A stretch of 63,654 nt of DNA, the filler included, from Olpidium bornovanus S191 (taxonomy: Eukaryota; Fungi; Olpidiomycota), in NCBI GenBank assembly GCA_017911155.1. It is 28 parts of 28 records of this genome, joined end to end, with 100 filler letters (N's around TTAATTAATTAA, not from the genome) between each part and the next. Parts side by side here need not be neighbours in the genome. Positions count along the whole stretch, not along the records: positions 10,647 to 14,780 come from JAEFCI010011904.1; positions 14,881 to 17,671 come from JAEFCI010007661.1; positions 17,772 to 20,146 come from JAEFCI010006231.1; positions 20,247 to 21,501 come from JAEFCI010011693.1; positions 21,602 to 22,891 come from JAEFCI010003720.1; positions 22,992 to 24,519 come from JAEFCI010001868.1; 22 more parts are not named here. One strand, given 5' to 3'. Positions 12,996-24,619 of this stretch are shown piece after piece; the stretch's first letter is position 1, and each line of letters starts with the position of its first letter. The notes beneath the pieces are model-generated. The model searched no databases. It was given only the letters and a program-made list of their open reading frames with translations, and had not been told where the DNA came from. The position numbers were made by a program, and so were the translations under genes.

Positions 12996-14447
12996 ATGCT
13001 TCCCCGGTCGCCCCTCTGGGCCGCCGAGGCCCTGAACTGCGCCCTCCAGCTGGCCGGCTTTGTGCTGGCTGCGCCCCTGCGCACGGTCAGCCGCGCGCCG
13101 CTGCCTGCGCCCGTTTCCCGACGCGCGGCGGGAGTCGCGCAGGCGCCCGACTGATCCTCCTCCGCGCCCGCGCGGTCGCCCCTGAACCGTCCCGCCCGCC
13201 TCGTCTTAGGAAAAATTCTACGACGCGTTCGGCTGCCTCGGCTTCCTCTTGACAGTCTCGTACAGCTTCTTCGCCAGCTCGGGACCCGAGGGACCGCACT
13301 CCGCCCGCTCGGTCCTGGCGACCGCCACCACGCTGCTCTGGTCGCTGCGCCTGGGTTCATTCCTGCTGCGCAGGGTGCTCGCCTCGCGCAACGGCGACTC
13401 GCGCTTCGAAATAATAAAGCGCAGCCCGCCGGCGTTCTTCGTTGCCTGGGCCGGGCAGGCTGCCTGGGTCGCCGTCACTTCGTCCCCGGTCGTCCTGGTC
13501 AACGTGCTGGACAGCCGCACCTTCGCGCCCCTCGGAGCCTTGGACTACGCCGGCCTCGCCCTTTGGACAGTCGGATTCGCGATCGAGGTGGTTTCCGACA
13601 GGCAGAAATCAGCTTTTAACGCCCGCCAGAGGGACATGAAAGAGAAGAGGTGGATCGAGGAGGGACTCTGGAAGTACTCCCGTACGTGCAACTTGGGTTT
13701 TTGGGCCTTTCCGGAACTTGAAGGACAGGCAGCCCTGCTTCGAACGCCCGCCTTATTTCGAAACGCGTGGTGTTTGCTTTGCCACTGCTGCTGCGACTGC
13801 CAAACCAGGCCATCCCAACTACTTTGGCGAGGTAATAAAGACGTGTTGTTGGCCAATCAATTTTTAACGCGTGCGCGCGCACTACTGACGGCCGCCTGTT
13901 TGCGTCTCGCGACACGTATGTCCGGCAGGTGCTCCTGTGGATCGGCCAGTACATGCTTTGCTACTCGGGGCTTAAACATGCCTCGCTCTCGCAGTTTTTG
14001 ATCGCCTCAATCTCGCCCATTTTCGTCGCTCTTCTACTTGACAAGGTAACCGTGATTTTCATCGGTCATCTTGTTAATCTCCACTTATCCTGTTGGTCTT
14101 GTTAACGATGTTCCCCGTTGTTTCGTCTTTTTGTTGCCATTTATCCGAATTTTTCAGGTGAGCGGCGTCCCATTTCTCGAAAAATCAGCGGACAGAAAGT
14201 GGGGTCACATCGCGGATTACCAGGTATGTCGCGGGGAAAAACAGAATGGTTCAGCGAAGCAAACGCGACCCAGCCCGGAGGTTGCCACCGCCAGCGTGTG
14301 GCACCCTGTGCCGGATGTTTGCTTGGCCGGTCGATAGGTGCTGTTAACGTTTTCTCGACCCTCCGGTGTTGTTAACGTTTCTTCGCACTCCGTCAGCGGT
14401 ACAAGCAGAGAACGAGTCTGTACGTACCTTGGCTGAGAAAGCCGTAA
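12996..14447 (+). CDS. DUF1295 / steroid 5-alpha-reductase family membrane protein, complete, multi-exon
   Basis: EKFYD, WSLRLGSFLLRRV...DSRF, EVVSDRQK, GLWKYSR|HPNYFGE|VLLWIG, VSGVPFLEK, YKQRTSLYVPW*; all introns GT-AG. Confidence 0.92.
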
Positions 14448-15053
14448 TGATGCCCTCAGAACTGGTCGACACGACGATTTGGGAAAACCGGCCACTCCAA
14501 TACTGACGTTGGAGTGCGCGAGAGTGATGTCGCATATTCTCAACCTTTTTCAGATACTCGCTCGATTGCATTGTCAGGCTTTGCCTGATCACTAAACATT
14601 CTTTCAGTCGGAAATTGTGCTCACATTACACCGTGAGTGGAACTGAATAAAAGAGAGCACATGAAGAACCAAACCGGGAAACATAGGATTGACTACTAAT
14701 CGGCGAAGTTGTGTCCGGCGGGATAGTGGGCCGGGTAGTGTGGGTAACGGGAGCACTGGGGCGATGGAAAGCTCAAAGAANNNNNNNNNNNNNNNNNNNN
14801 NNNNNNNNNNNNNNNNNNNNNNNNTTAATTAATTAANNNNNNNNNNNNNNNNNNNNNNNNNNNNNNNNNNNNNNNNNNNNCATGATACCCGGTTCTTGAC
14901 TGGCGGACCGCCAATGCACTCGGGCCCTCCCTTAATGTCATTCAGACGGAGCGCCAGCAGCACATCCCGTGAGCCGATCGACTTGTTCTTGCACTTTCTG
15001 ACGGTGCACAGATCTCTGGACCGGTCGTTATTGCTTCGACGCGTACAAACGTT

Positions 15054-16550
15054 TTAATGAGCAGTCCTCCGCAGCGCCCCCAACGTCGCCAGCGCCTTGT
15101 CGTACGTGGTCCGCCCCGCGGAAGAGAAACTGGCCATCGGACTTAGGCTCTCGTATCGTTCGACGGACGACAGGAACTCCTCGATTCCCCGCCTGTAAGA
15201 ACGGGGCGCGTCGTCCACGTCGGAGGATGATTCCGGCAAGGGGCGGCCGCGGGGCAGCTCCCGCTTCGGCGGCGCTTCCGCCGCCTCGGCCAGAAGGCTG
15301 CACTCGATGGTGAAGTGCGGGCTGTCCGGCTCGACGCCCGCGGCGAGCAGCGCGCGCCTGATGGCCGCGACGGGGACGCCGCGCGGGAAAAGCACGCGGA
15401 GCTCGCACCCCCGGCGTTCCACCCTCAAGCGCTGCCCGGCCGCGGTGTTGGCCAGGCGATCCAGGATGCGGGTAACGGTCTTCAGGTGGAAGATTTGCAT
15501 TTGGACGGCGTCCGCGAAGTTCCGCACAGTCGAACTGGACAGCGGGCGGTCGTCGCCCCTCGGCATGTTGGCCGAAGAGGCATTGAGGAGTACCGAATCC
15601 CAGGCGGCTGAGCCGTACAGCAGAAAGCTCAGGTATACAACTTCCGGGCATGCGGAAATCTCAGCGGGAATGACGAAGTTTGGCGGCGAGAGAAAATCCC
15701 TCGCGTGCTTGCTGTGAATGCTATTGCTGAGAATGGTAGCAGCTGGTGAAGCGGGCATTCCCGCGGCGCTACCCTCCAAAGTTCCGCCGTTTTCAAGGGC
15801 GCCGACCGGCCCGCAGTCGGCAACACCCGCAAGCCTGGAAGCGTCGTCAAAGACGCGCAGCGGCCAATTCTTCCCTGCAAACGACGTCGAAACAGGGGTT
15901 GCGCGAACCCTAGCAAAAACCACCGAGCTTGTCGCGAAGCCGCTGGTGCCTAAAGATGTCCGTGTTGTGACCGGTCCGAAAAAAGACGAGCGGACGCAGG
16001 GGCGAAGACCCAGCGATGATGGCCACGGGCCTGCATGAGCCCTCGTTGACGGGCTGCCCGTTGCAAACCGGAGCCGAAGATCTCGATCGCGCTTCACACT
16101 GTGTGCGGCTGCCGGAGGTGATAGTTTGGCGACGAGCTTCAGAAAAGGCAGGTGCTCAGCGAAGAATGCCGATAGCTGCTCTTTGGCCGCCGTGAACGCC
16201 GCCACGAACGCCGCCGCTCCCGCACCGCCTGCCGCCGGCCTGGGCGACGCGTGGGGAACGGCTGCGATATGAAAAGATGAGACCGCCCCGCGTAAGTGTA
16301 CGGCGCAAGGTCTGCCAAAACGGATGGGAGCCGCAAATGTCGGCTGTCCTTTGCCGGCGACGGCCGCGAGAGCTCCAAAGGGCGCCGGAAACGGACGAAG
16401 ACAGGCATTGTTTCCCAGCCGGGCGACGGGTCCGGCAGCGGCAGGGGTCGCTGAAGGGCGCGAACGGTAGGCGTACGCGCGCAGGAAGGGGGGCGACGCT
16501 CTCAGCGGGGCCGTGGCCCTGGCAAGGAACGCCCGGGCCCTGGTGAGCAT
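15054..16550 (-). CDS. Uncharacterised intronless protein, possible mitochondrial presequence
   Basis: About 500-aa open frame from MLTRARAFLARATAPLR (Arg/Ala/Leu-rich, no acidic residues), divergent from VTI1. C-terminal RGCELRVLFP...ALLAAGV resembles a conserved fungal protein of unknown function. Confidence 0.6.
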   Translation of the reverse strand: MLTRARAFLARATAPLRASPPFLRAYAYRSRPSATPAAAGPVARLGNNACLRPFPAPFGALAAVAGKGQPTFAAPIRFGRPCAVHLRGAVSSFHIAAVPHASPRPAAGGAGAAAFVAAFTAAKEQLSAFFAEHLPFLKLVAKLSPPAAAHSVKRDRDLRLRFATGSPSTRAHAGPWPSSLGLRPCVRSSFFGPVTTRTSLGTSGFATSSVVFARVRATPVSTSFAGKNWPLRVFDDASRLAGVADCGPVGALENGGTLEGSAAGMPASPAATILSNSIHSKHARDFLSPPNFVIPAEISACPEVVYLSFLLYGSAAWDSVLLNASSANMPRGDDRPLSSSTVRNFADAVQMQIFHLKTVTRILDRLANTAAGQRLRVERRGCELRVLFPRGVPVAAIRRALLAAGVEPDSPHFTIECSLLAEAAEAPPKRELPRGRPLPESSSDVDDAPRSYRRGIEEFLSSVERYESLSPMASFSSAGRTTYDKALATLGALRRTAH

Positions 16551-16718
16551 GGCGACGGGAGGCGGAATCCCGGCGTTCTCCCCTCGGTTGCTGCGTTTTT
16601 TTCGCGCGGGTTTCCAGCTGCGGCAGGAAACTCCCACAAAAAAAAGGAAAAAAGGAAAAAAAAAATCGGCACCTTTTTTCCCCCACAAGAAATCCAAGCG
16701 GGCACTCGGACGGCCACC

Positions 16719-17671
16719 ATGGACGGGCTTCTCGGGTCAGAGCTGTTCGCCGGATACGAGCAGGATTTCGCGAACATCACCAAGGCCATCGCTTCGAAGA
16801 TCAACAACCAGATTGCCAACCAGCGCGGAGGTGCCTTCCTTTTGCGACTGAGAGCGGCGCGCGCGGGATTGGGGAAGAGGGCGGGAAGATGCGGGTCGCA
16901 CACTTTCTGCAGCGTACAGACATGTTCTTTGCCGGGAGACGTTGCTTTCGCTACTAGTCGCGCTGCGGCGTTTGCCGCGTTAGAATCAGTCGTAACCGAT
17001 TTGGTGCTCGTTAACCTCTCCATTTTGCAGAGGAACGAAAAGTGGCCATCCGTGCAGCGGAACGGGAGCTTGATGAAGCGGAAGAAATTGTATGCATACT
17101 CTTGGGCTTCCAAAGCTGACTGCATAGCAATTACAGCACGCACGCCGACTTGCCGCGTTTCGTTCGGCGGGGCGCGCATCCTGATTTTGCGTGCCGAGTT
17201 GGCGCTGTTATTGTGCGCAGGTCAGTCAAATGGAGATGGAGATACTGAACCTGCCGCACGCACGGAGCAAGTTGACTCCAAAGCTACGAGGTTATTCGGC
17301 CGAAGTCGAAAAGCTCAAGCAAGACCTTGTACGTGGGGAACAGTGCAACTGCGTACAACACCCGCAGCGTTGATCTATCGGCCCGCGGCGATAAAGCTTT
17401 ATCGCGGGATTTAGAAATCATATTTTATTTGTTCTGGCTCCACCCTCCCGCGACCGCCACAGAAACGAGTAGTGACGTACGGATCCGCGGGCGCGGACCG
17501 CAAGGATCTCCTCGGAACGGGAGACCCGCGGGTTGACCTGGACGTCTCTTCCATGGACCAGCGCACGCGGCTTATGGCGGGCACCGACAGGCTGCAAGCC
17601 ACATCCCGGCGGCTGGAGGAAAGCCACCGGCTCGCGTTGGAGACGGAAGAGGTCGGGCGCGGTATCCTCAC
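16719..17671 (+). CDS. VTI1: v-SNARE Vti1, 3' partial, three introns
   Basis: ELFAGYEQDF, ERELDEAEEI|VSQMEMEI, KLRGYSAEVEKLKQDL, DQRTRLMAGTDRL...RRLEESHRLALETEEVGRGIL. Confidence 0.93.
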
Positions 17672-17771
17672 NNNNNNNNNNNNNNNNNNNNNNNNNNNNN
17701 NNNNNNNNNNNNNNNTTAATTAATTAANNNNNNNNNNNNNNNNNNNNNNNNNNNNNNNNNNNNNNNNNNNN

Positions 17772-17978
17772 GCTTCTGGGTCCGCCAGGAGTAAACACAT
17801 TGATGTTCGCCATCAATTCGTCCGCCAAGCTATCGACGACAAAATCATCAAGTTACACCGCGTCCCGTCGGCGAAGAATACGGCAGATGGCCTAACCAAG
17901 GCACTTCCCCGTCCACGCTTGGAGGAGATTCGGACGGAACTTGGGATGGTGGACATGATGGCAGAGCTATGCCGTTAG
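17772..17978 (+). mobile_element. Ty1/copia RNase H C-terminus
   Basis: RSKHIDVRHQFVRQ...VPSAKNTADGLTKALP. Confidence 0.88.
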
Positions 17979-18209
17979 AAATCTTTTCTCCGTTCCGTTT
18001 TTCTTTCTTTCTTTCTTTCTTTCTCTCCTTTGTTATTTTGTTTTGAGTGCTACCCCTTGCGCTCATTCTCTAAACTTTCCAAATGTTCACACTAGATCCA
18101 AGAGGGCGGGTCAAAGTATCACATGTCACACACATAGAATAGCTCCCGGAAGCCACTCCTCCCTTCCACTACCACACGGCGAAAATACACAATCACAACA
18201 CAAAACCAA

Positions 18210-19110
18210 CGCGTCCGAGGGGGGTGGCGTCCTTGATCGTCACCTTGTTGAGGTAACAGAAGTCTATGCACATGTGGAGCTTGCCGTTAGCCTTGTGAAC
18301 GAAGAGGACGGGTGCCCCCCACGGAGACTTGCTGTAACGTATGTGTCCGGCGTGCAAAAATTTGGTCAGTTGTTGCTTCATTTCCAAGAGTTCCAGCTCA
18401 AGGAGATGATACAACGAGAAAAACTTAGCCTTGGCGCCAGGTTCCAGGTTGATTTCATGCTCGGCAGTCGAGGACAGCTGCGCGACTGGCGGCAGCTTGT
18501 CCGACATGACGGGGACGAAGCGGGGAAGGAGGTCTTCGTAGCGTTTTTGGAGGGGCCCCCGCAGCTCGCCAAGTTGGGTATTTATACGCGCCGCCAGGTC
18601 GGTGGGAGCGCGGTCTGCATCGAAGTACTCGAGAGGGTTTTGCGAGTCCCCCTCGTTCTTCGACAACTCGGCCTCAACGGCCGAGAGCTTGACGGTCCGG
18701 GGGTTCACAATGAACCCCCATGAGTCGGGTTGTCGCAGAGCCCGGCGAGCTTCCTTGGCTGAGATCATATTGATCTCAGCCCTGGGTCTTGGTGACGGGA
18801 GGTTCAGCCTGTCACGGGTCTTCGTCGTCACCGGCGCGGCGGCCTGCTGCGCAGTCCGGTCTGGCATCAGCGGCGCGGTTGTCGGCCGCACGCTGGAATG
18901 AGTTAAGCTTGACTTCGCAGTTGTTGGCCGCGAAGCTTGGTCTGGCATTGGCAGCATGGGGGTCGGCCGCGCGCCGGAACGATGTAGTGTTCGGCCTCGA
19001 CTGGCACGTGACCTGTACCTATATAGCCAGTCGGCCCCCCCGGGCACACCTGAATCGACTCTGAAGTCCTCCCTCCTCTGACGTCTCACTACAAAGTGGG
19101 GAATCCGAGG
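18210..19110 (-). mobile_element. Ty3/gypsy remnant: protease end plus RT N-terminus, truncated and mutated
   Basis: GADWLYRY, then [10 protein letters not shown]...[34 protein letters not shown]; homology stops before YxDD. Confidence 0.88.
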
Positions 19111-19525
19111 AAGAACCATCCCTTTCGACCAGCCTCCCTTTCGACCAGCTCCCGCGCTTCGCCCTCCGCCGCGCCTGCGCTTCGCCCCCGCCGCGCCCGC
19201 GCTGCGCCCTCCGTCGCGCCCGCGCTTCGCCCTCCGCCGCGCCCACGGTTTGCCCCCGCCGCGCCCGCGCGCTTCGCCCTTCGCCGCGCCACCTTCTGCC
19301 GCAGCACCCGTTTTCGCGCTTGCTTTTTCTGCTTGTTTTCGCGCTTGCGTTCAATTCCGCGCTTGCGTTCGTTTGTTTTCGCCGCCGAAACGACGCCCGG
19401 TTTTGCTTCGAAACGCCGCTTTCCTGTCGCTTTCGCCGCTCGGCCCCCGCCGCGCTTGCGCTCTGCTGCCGCCGCGCCCGCGCTCTGCCCCCGCTGCGCC
19501 CGCGCTCGGCCCACCGTCGCGTTTG

Positions 19526-19610
19526 TTTTTGAGCTTATTTTTGCTCGTTTTTGAGCTTATTTTTGCTCGTTTTTGAACATATTTTTGCTCACTGAGCTTA
19601 TTTTTGCTCA
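19526..19610 (+). repeat. About 21-bp tandem repeat TTTTGAGCTTATTTTTGCTCG, about 4 copies
   Basis: Directly visible; each unit holds a GAGC...GCTC mini inverted repeat; preceded by GC-rich GCGCCCGCGCT-type repeats at 19150-19500. Confidence 0.85.
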
Positions 19611-19667
19611 CCACGTTTTCGTCTTTGTTCGCCCCATTGCTGTTGCCGTCGACGACAGCCGCCGCCG

Positions 19668-20146
19668 ATGCCCTCGCCGTGTCGTCGACGCCGTAAAGGC
19701 GCGACGCCGCTGCCGCTGTCGCCTCACGTCACGGCAACTCGCACCGCTCCCTCACCGCCGGCCATCGCGCCGTCAAATCGTTCGGCCGCGTCGTCAGTCG
19801 CGCCCGTCGACCCAGCCGCCATCCCCATCCCGCCGTCGCCGTCCCTCGACGCACGGATGGATCTACCGCCGCTTCGCGTCCCCATGTTCATTCCCGAAAA
19901 GGCACCCGACGCCACGCCCGCCGCCACGCCCGCCGCTGCGCCAGCCGCTTCGTCCGCCCGTGTCAAAAACCCGGCTCCCGCTTCCGCCGTTGACGCTCTC
20001 CTTCGACAGCAGAAGCTGACTGGCTTCGCTGAGTGGCGCGCTTCGATCGTTGCCCGCGTTGGTGCTGTTACCGCGGCTGCGCTTTTAACCGACGTTGACG
20101 CCGCCCTTCCCGCCATCGTCGACGACCCGTCAATTTCGTTGCAGGA
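19668..20146 (+). mobile_element. Possible copia gag N-terminus
   Basis: Pro/Ala-rich ORF with QKLTGFAEWRASI, like the KLxGxNYxxW start of copia gag; lies in a TE-rich contig. Confidence 0.35.
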
Positions 20147-21417
20147 NNNNNNNNNNNNNNNNNNNNNNNNNNNNNNNNNNNNNNNNNNNNTTAATTAATT
20201 AANNNNNNNNNNNNNNNNNNNNNNNNNNNNNNNNNNNNNNNNNNNNTCATGTGAAGTGCTTTTGGCCGCACCAGAACACCCGGCGCCGTCATTTTCAATT
20301 TTACGCGTGCGGGGGGAAAAGCGATGCCCGGCGGAGCAGGCCGAACTTCCTGCTACAGACGAGCCTTTTTTGACTAGGCTGCGACAGCCGACGGGCAAAA
20401 AAGGCAGCTCCCCAACAGCGCCGTCAAATGTCGGCTTCGCCGGCCTTTTTTTTTTCCCAGCCGGCTAGTGCAAAGGTGCGGGGCGCGAATTCTTTATCCT
20501 TCCGCGGCGGCTGCATCATTCACAGGCACAAATACGCGTCGACCGTCGCGCAACCGCGTCCGGAAACACCCTGGCCGGAAGCCCGGCTCGTTTCGCGCAC
20601 CAAATGCAGCGATCTCCCTTGCAGACCAACACACTTCCTCCTCCCTCCCACTCCCTCCCCTCCCCTCCCGCCTTCCCGCCCTTCCCCCTCGCGTCGTTGG
20701 TGCAGTCCGCACGCTCGCTTCCGGCGGTCACATAGAGGGCGGAAAAGTCCAGGAGGAATACTTTGAAAAACCGAAACGAGCACTCCAGCGGGAAGCTGTT
20801 TTCCCCAGCCGTATACGGACATACTTCCGTCGTGCGGGGTTATACGCGTGACGACCGGGAATCTCAACCGGGATATTTTCACCTGATGATCACGCCGTGT
20901 TTTATCTGGCCGCGCGGGGTTATCGCGGAGTGTGTCGGTCGGCCTGGAGGCTCACGGGGTTGCCGCGCGCCTACACCTGTGGCACATCGCCCAGATTCCA
21001 GTCGAATAAGAGCGGGCCGCGTGTGTGGCTCGAATTGGCCGCAAGCACGTGTTAAACGCACCTTTCATTGGAGCTGGCCGACGAGGGACCACGGCGAGCT
21101 CCCGAACTGTTTTGGCGCCGTTCGCCGGGGACGGGAACCTTGACTACCTGGATCGTCTTCACGTTCTCCGTCGACTTCATTTTATCTTCAGTGTTCACCT
21201 CCGCTGCAGGACCCAGCCCTGCATCACCAGCGCGTCGTGCCAACTAAATCGGATACCCCGAGGACCTGATCACGAAAGTTCACCGCCGTCACCAGCTCGG
21301 AAACCGAGTTCCGGGCGGCGCCGCGGGAGGTGTGACTGCTGCGGGAGGCCGCCGCAGACGGGCCACCCCGCGCGCAGCAGCCGAACGCCGCGCAACAAAG
21401 ACCACGTCCAGGAACTC

Positions 21418-21455
<38 letters not shown>

Positions 21456-22710
21456 AAAACTCCCCGGACCAGGAGGGTATGCAGGAGGACAGGGGACAGG
21501 ANNNNNNNNNNNNNNNNNNNNNNNNNNNNNNNNNNNNNNNNNNNNTTAATTAATTAANNNNNNNNNNNNNNNNNNNNNNNNNNNNNNNNNNNNNNNNNNN
21601 NCCCCCCCCCCCCCCCCTCGAGGGCTCCTGGCGTTTCGAGCGCTCCCGCGACGCGGGCCGAACAACCCAAGCTGCTCTCCCGTCGTCCAGGCTGTCCATT
21701 GCTCCCCCCCTTCTCCTACCCCAGAAACACACACCCACCCACGCGTTCTCAAATACAGTTGAGAGGAGGAGCGGGGAGGGACCGCAGAGACGGCGGGGGA
21801 GCGGGAAGGGGGGAGGGGGAAGTGGGAATCGGACCATCTTCCCCCCCACCCATCCGTTTTTCCCGTCCCGCCGCAGTTATACATAAGCGCGCAAGGGAGT
21901 CTCTCCGTCGCGGGCGGAGGGGAAGGAGGTGGAGGGGATGGCGGGGGTGGGGGGCAGGCGGCAAACCAAAATAAAAATTCTCGTCACAAAAGTTCTCTCC
22001 GCTATAATCTCTCTCTTCGCGGTTCCCTGCACCCCTCCCCCGGTTTTCTACCTGATCGGAAAATTACAAAGAAACCCCCTCCCGTGCCCCCCGCGGAACG
22101 GCGGAAAAAGCGCAAACGCAAACGCAAAAAAAAAAAAAAAAAAAAAACCGCCGCGCCACGAGAAACAAAAAAAACGTAAACAAGAATGGCGTGGATTGCG
22201 ACGTGGGGGTGAGGTCGGTGGGAGGAAAAGTGGGGAAAAAGAAATATGCGATTTTCGATGGATGTACAGGGTTCGAGAAGGCAACAAAAACAAATCGGGA
22301 GGGGAAACCAACGGCGCCAAAAAACAAAAACAAAAAAGAAAATGTGCCTCTGGGGGTATTTGAAAACCCCCCCCCCCTTCCCTCCTACGTCAACCGGCGG
22401 GAAAAAATCGGGCGGCCGTTTTTTTCCTTTTTCTTTGGGAGCGGGTACGACGGATGTGCGGCCTAACATTATTATTTTCTTCTTTTCGGAGAAGAGTGGG
22501 AGGAGGGGGAGTGGGGGAATGGGGGAAAATGGGGGAGGGGGGAATGAGTGGGGAAGGGGGGGGGGGCGGGGGGTAAGGCCCGGGTAAAGCGTGGAAGAGG
22601 AAGGAAGGGAATCTGGCGCATTTGGGCAAGTTTTTTTTTGGGGAAAAAAAAGGATGTAGTTGCGAGCTGCCCGGAAAAATTCGGTCTCCCTCCGTCAGAG
22701 CGCTTGGTAC

Positions 22711-22813
22711 CTCCGAAGGCCCACGACGGAGACCATCGAGAACAGCACGAGGAACGCGACGATGCCGCAGAACCAGACGAGCGAGCCCTCGTCAATCCCG
22801 CCGGGCACGTACA
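22711..22813 (-). CDS. CorA/Alr1/Mnr2-type Mg2+ transporter, single C-terminal exon
   Basis: AG/GT-bounded exon VYVPGGIDEGSLVWFCGIVAFLVLFSMVSVVGLR, matching the post-GMN loop and last TM helix (VPG...WFxGI). Confidence 0.7.
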
Positions 22814-23989
22814 CTGCGAGAAGCGGGCCGAAAAAGGATTCGGGCCACCGCGGTGGGCGAAAAGGAGGGGGAGGATGGGAAAAAAAAAAAGNNNNNNNNN
22901 NNNNNNNNNNNNNNNNNNNNNNNNNNNNNNNNNNNTTAATTAATTAANNNNNNNNNNNNNNNNNNNNNNNNNNNNNNNNNNNNNNNNNNNNCATGACGGA
23001 GTGTAATTGCGTGGGCGAATCGACGTAGCTTGCGAGGTCAGGCCGTCGAACCCAAATCGGACAGCAGGTTTCCGCAATCAAATACATTAATGTGACATAC
23101 ATCCCAAGAAGTCGGGAGAGAGGAGAGAGTGATGGAAACGTGGAAAACGCCGGTTACGGTTTTGGTTTTTGCCCATTGTTGACAAACACGGCAAGACACA
23201 ACGGATCGCATCGGCATGCGCAATGCGGGGGGGGGGGTAGGAGGCGGCAACCGCGCGCGGCGTGCCCTGCGAGGCGTGACGGGAAACGGCTCACCAGTAC
23301 TCTATCCTCCGCAAAACCCAATTCTCGATGGATCCTTCGTACAGGCCGATCGGGGGCCGCGCCGGCAAGGCGACGTTGCCGCCGCCGTTCCTCGCGCCTG
23401 CGGGCGGGGGCGCGACGGCGCAGACGTACAGCGCCCTTCGCGATTTCTCGGACGGCGCGGACGAGACGTGCGCAACGGCGTGACGGAACAACAGGGAAGA
23501 CCGGCCGCTTTCCGCGCAAAAAAAAAAAAAGGTATTAACCCAGGAAGGGGAGAAAAAATGAGGCGGGATAAAGGTTAACTTTCTTTCTTTCAACATTGTG
23601 ATTTCGAGAACTGTTTTTCCGGTTCGCATTTTTCACCCCCGCCCCACTCCCGGCCGCATTTCCGTGTATAACTCACCATCCACGGCGGCCGGTAAGCACG
23701 CATTCCTTTCCTGGCAACTGCAGCGGCCGCCACGCCATCAGCGGGTCCCTTCCTAAACGAGTCGGGGGCGGGGAAGAGCCGCAGATATGGCGCGTCGCGG
23801 TTTTACCCGAGAACACCGATTTTCCTTTTCTTTTTCACGGAGAAACAGCGCTTGTCTGGCGGTGTCCCCCTTTTTTCCATTTTATCCGTTTCGGTGCTTC
23901 TGGAAAATATGCACGCAAAACTACTGTATAAGAACGTCACAGCGCTCCTCCCCTGCCCCCTTCTCCCACCCCAAAAAACGAAGGTATTA

Positions 23990-24400
23990 TCTGTGAGCTG
24001 ACAGGACTGCCCGTTTCCCTCAGCTGGTTTTCTAATACGGCAGACCAGAAAATTAGGAGCAAGATCGCCATATTCTGCTTCTCCTGCATAATTTGCCGTC
24101 GCACGCTATCATGGAGATTAATCTGGAACATCAAGGTGCAACTCGTACCAGAAAACTGCACGTCAAAGATCCAGCCAATCGATGCAGGTCGCAGCGTTCA
24201 AGTAGCACTATTGTCGCTTTTACCACCAAACTGCAGGGGATCGATCTGAGCGTGGCGACGACAATGTCTACAGAATGGCCAGCTGGCAACGAAGCAATTG
24301 TGCAATGAAGCTTGGGACGAGATTTTTGCCTAACACCAATCGAAACTGCTTCTGTCGCGCTGGTATTTTTATGAACAGATTGGTACGCAATCCCGCACCA
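23990..24400 (-). pseudogene. Possible highly decayed non-LTR (LINE) RT remnant
   Basis: Broken frames give QIDPLQFGGKSDNSA and DSVRRQIMQEKQNMAILLLIFWSA, loosely like LINE RT QFGG and A.L.LDxSxAFD motifs; lower GC than flanking genes. Confidence 0.3.
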
Positions 24401-24619
24401 CCCGAGCCGGAGCAGGTTGCGAAGAAAGTCGTGGAGACAAAGGTCCTCAGATGTGCTTCAGGATATAACCTGATGTCAATTGCCAGCTTTTTAATCTTAT
24501 GAGGATCAGGCAGCTCATGNNNNNNNNNNNNNNNNNNNNNNNNNNNNNNNNNNNNNNNNNNNNTTAATTAATTAANNNNNNNNNNNNNNNNNNNNNNNNN
24601 NNNNNNNNNNNNNNNNNNN

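Noticed and set aside
19526-19610. CRISPR-like palindromic repeats
   Set aside because: Units are directly adjacent with no spacers; eukaryotic context; no cas genes.
20247-21501. Possible exon fragments here and at 23000-23600, 30000-30900, 31500-31720, 39630-40030, 40560-41330, 45850-46500, 51330-52020, 61760-62860
   Set aside because: Some splice-like signals, but no protein family I can recognise, so no feature is called; needs tBLASTn or RNA-seq.
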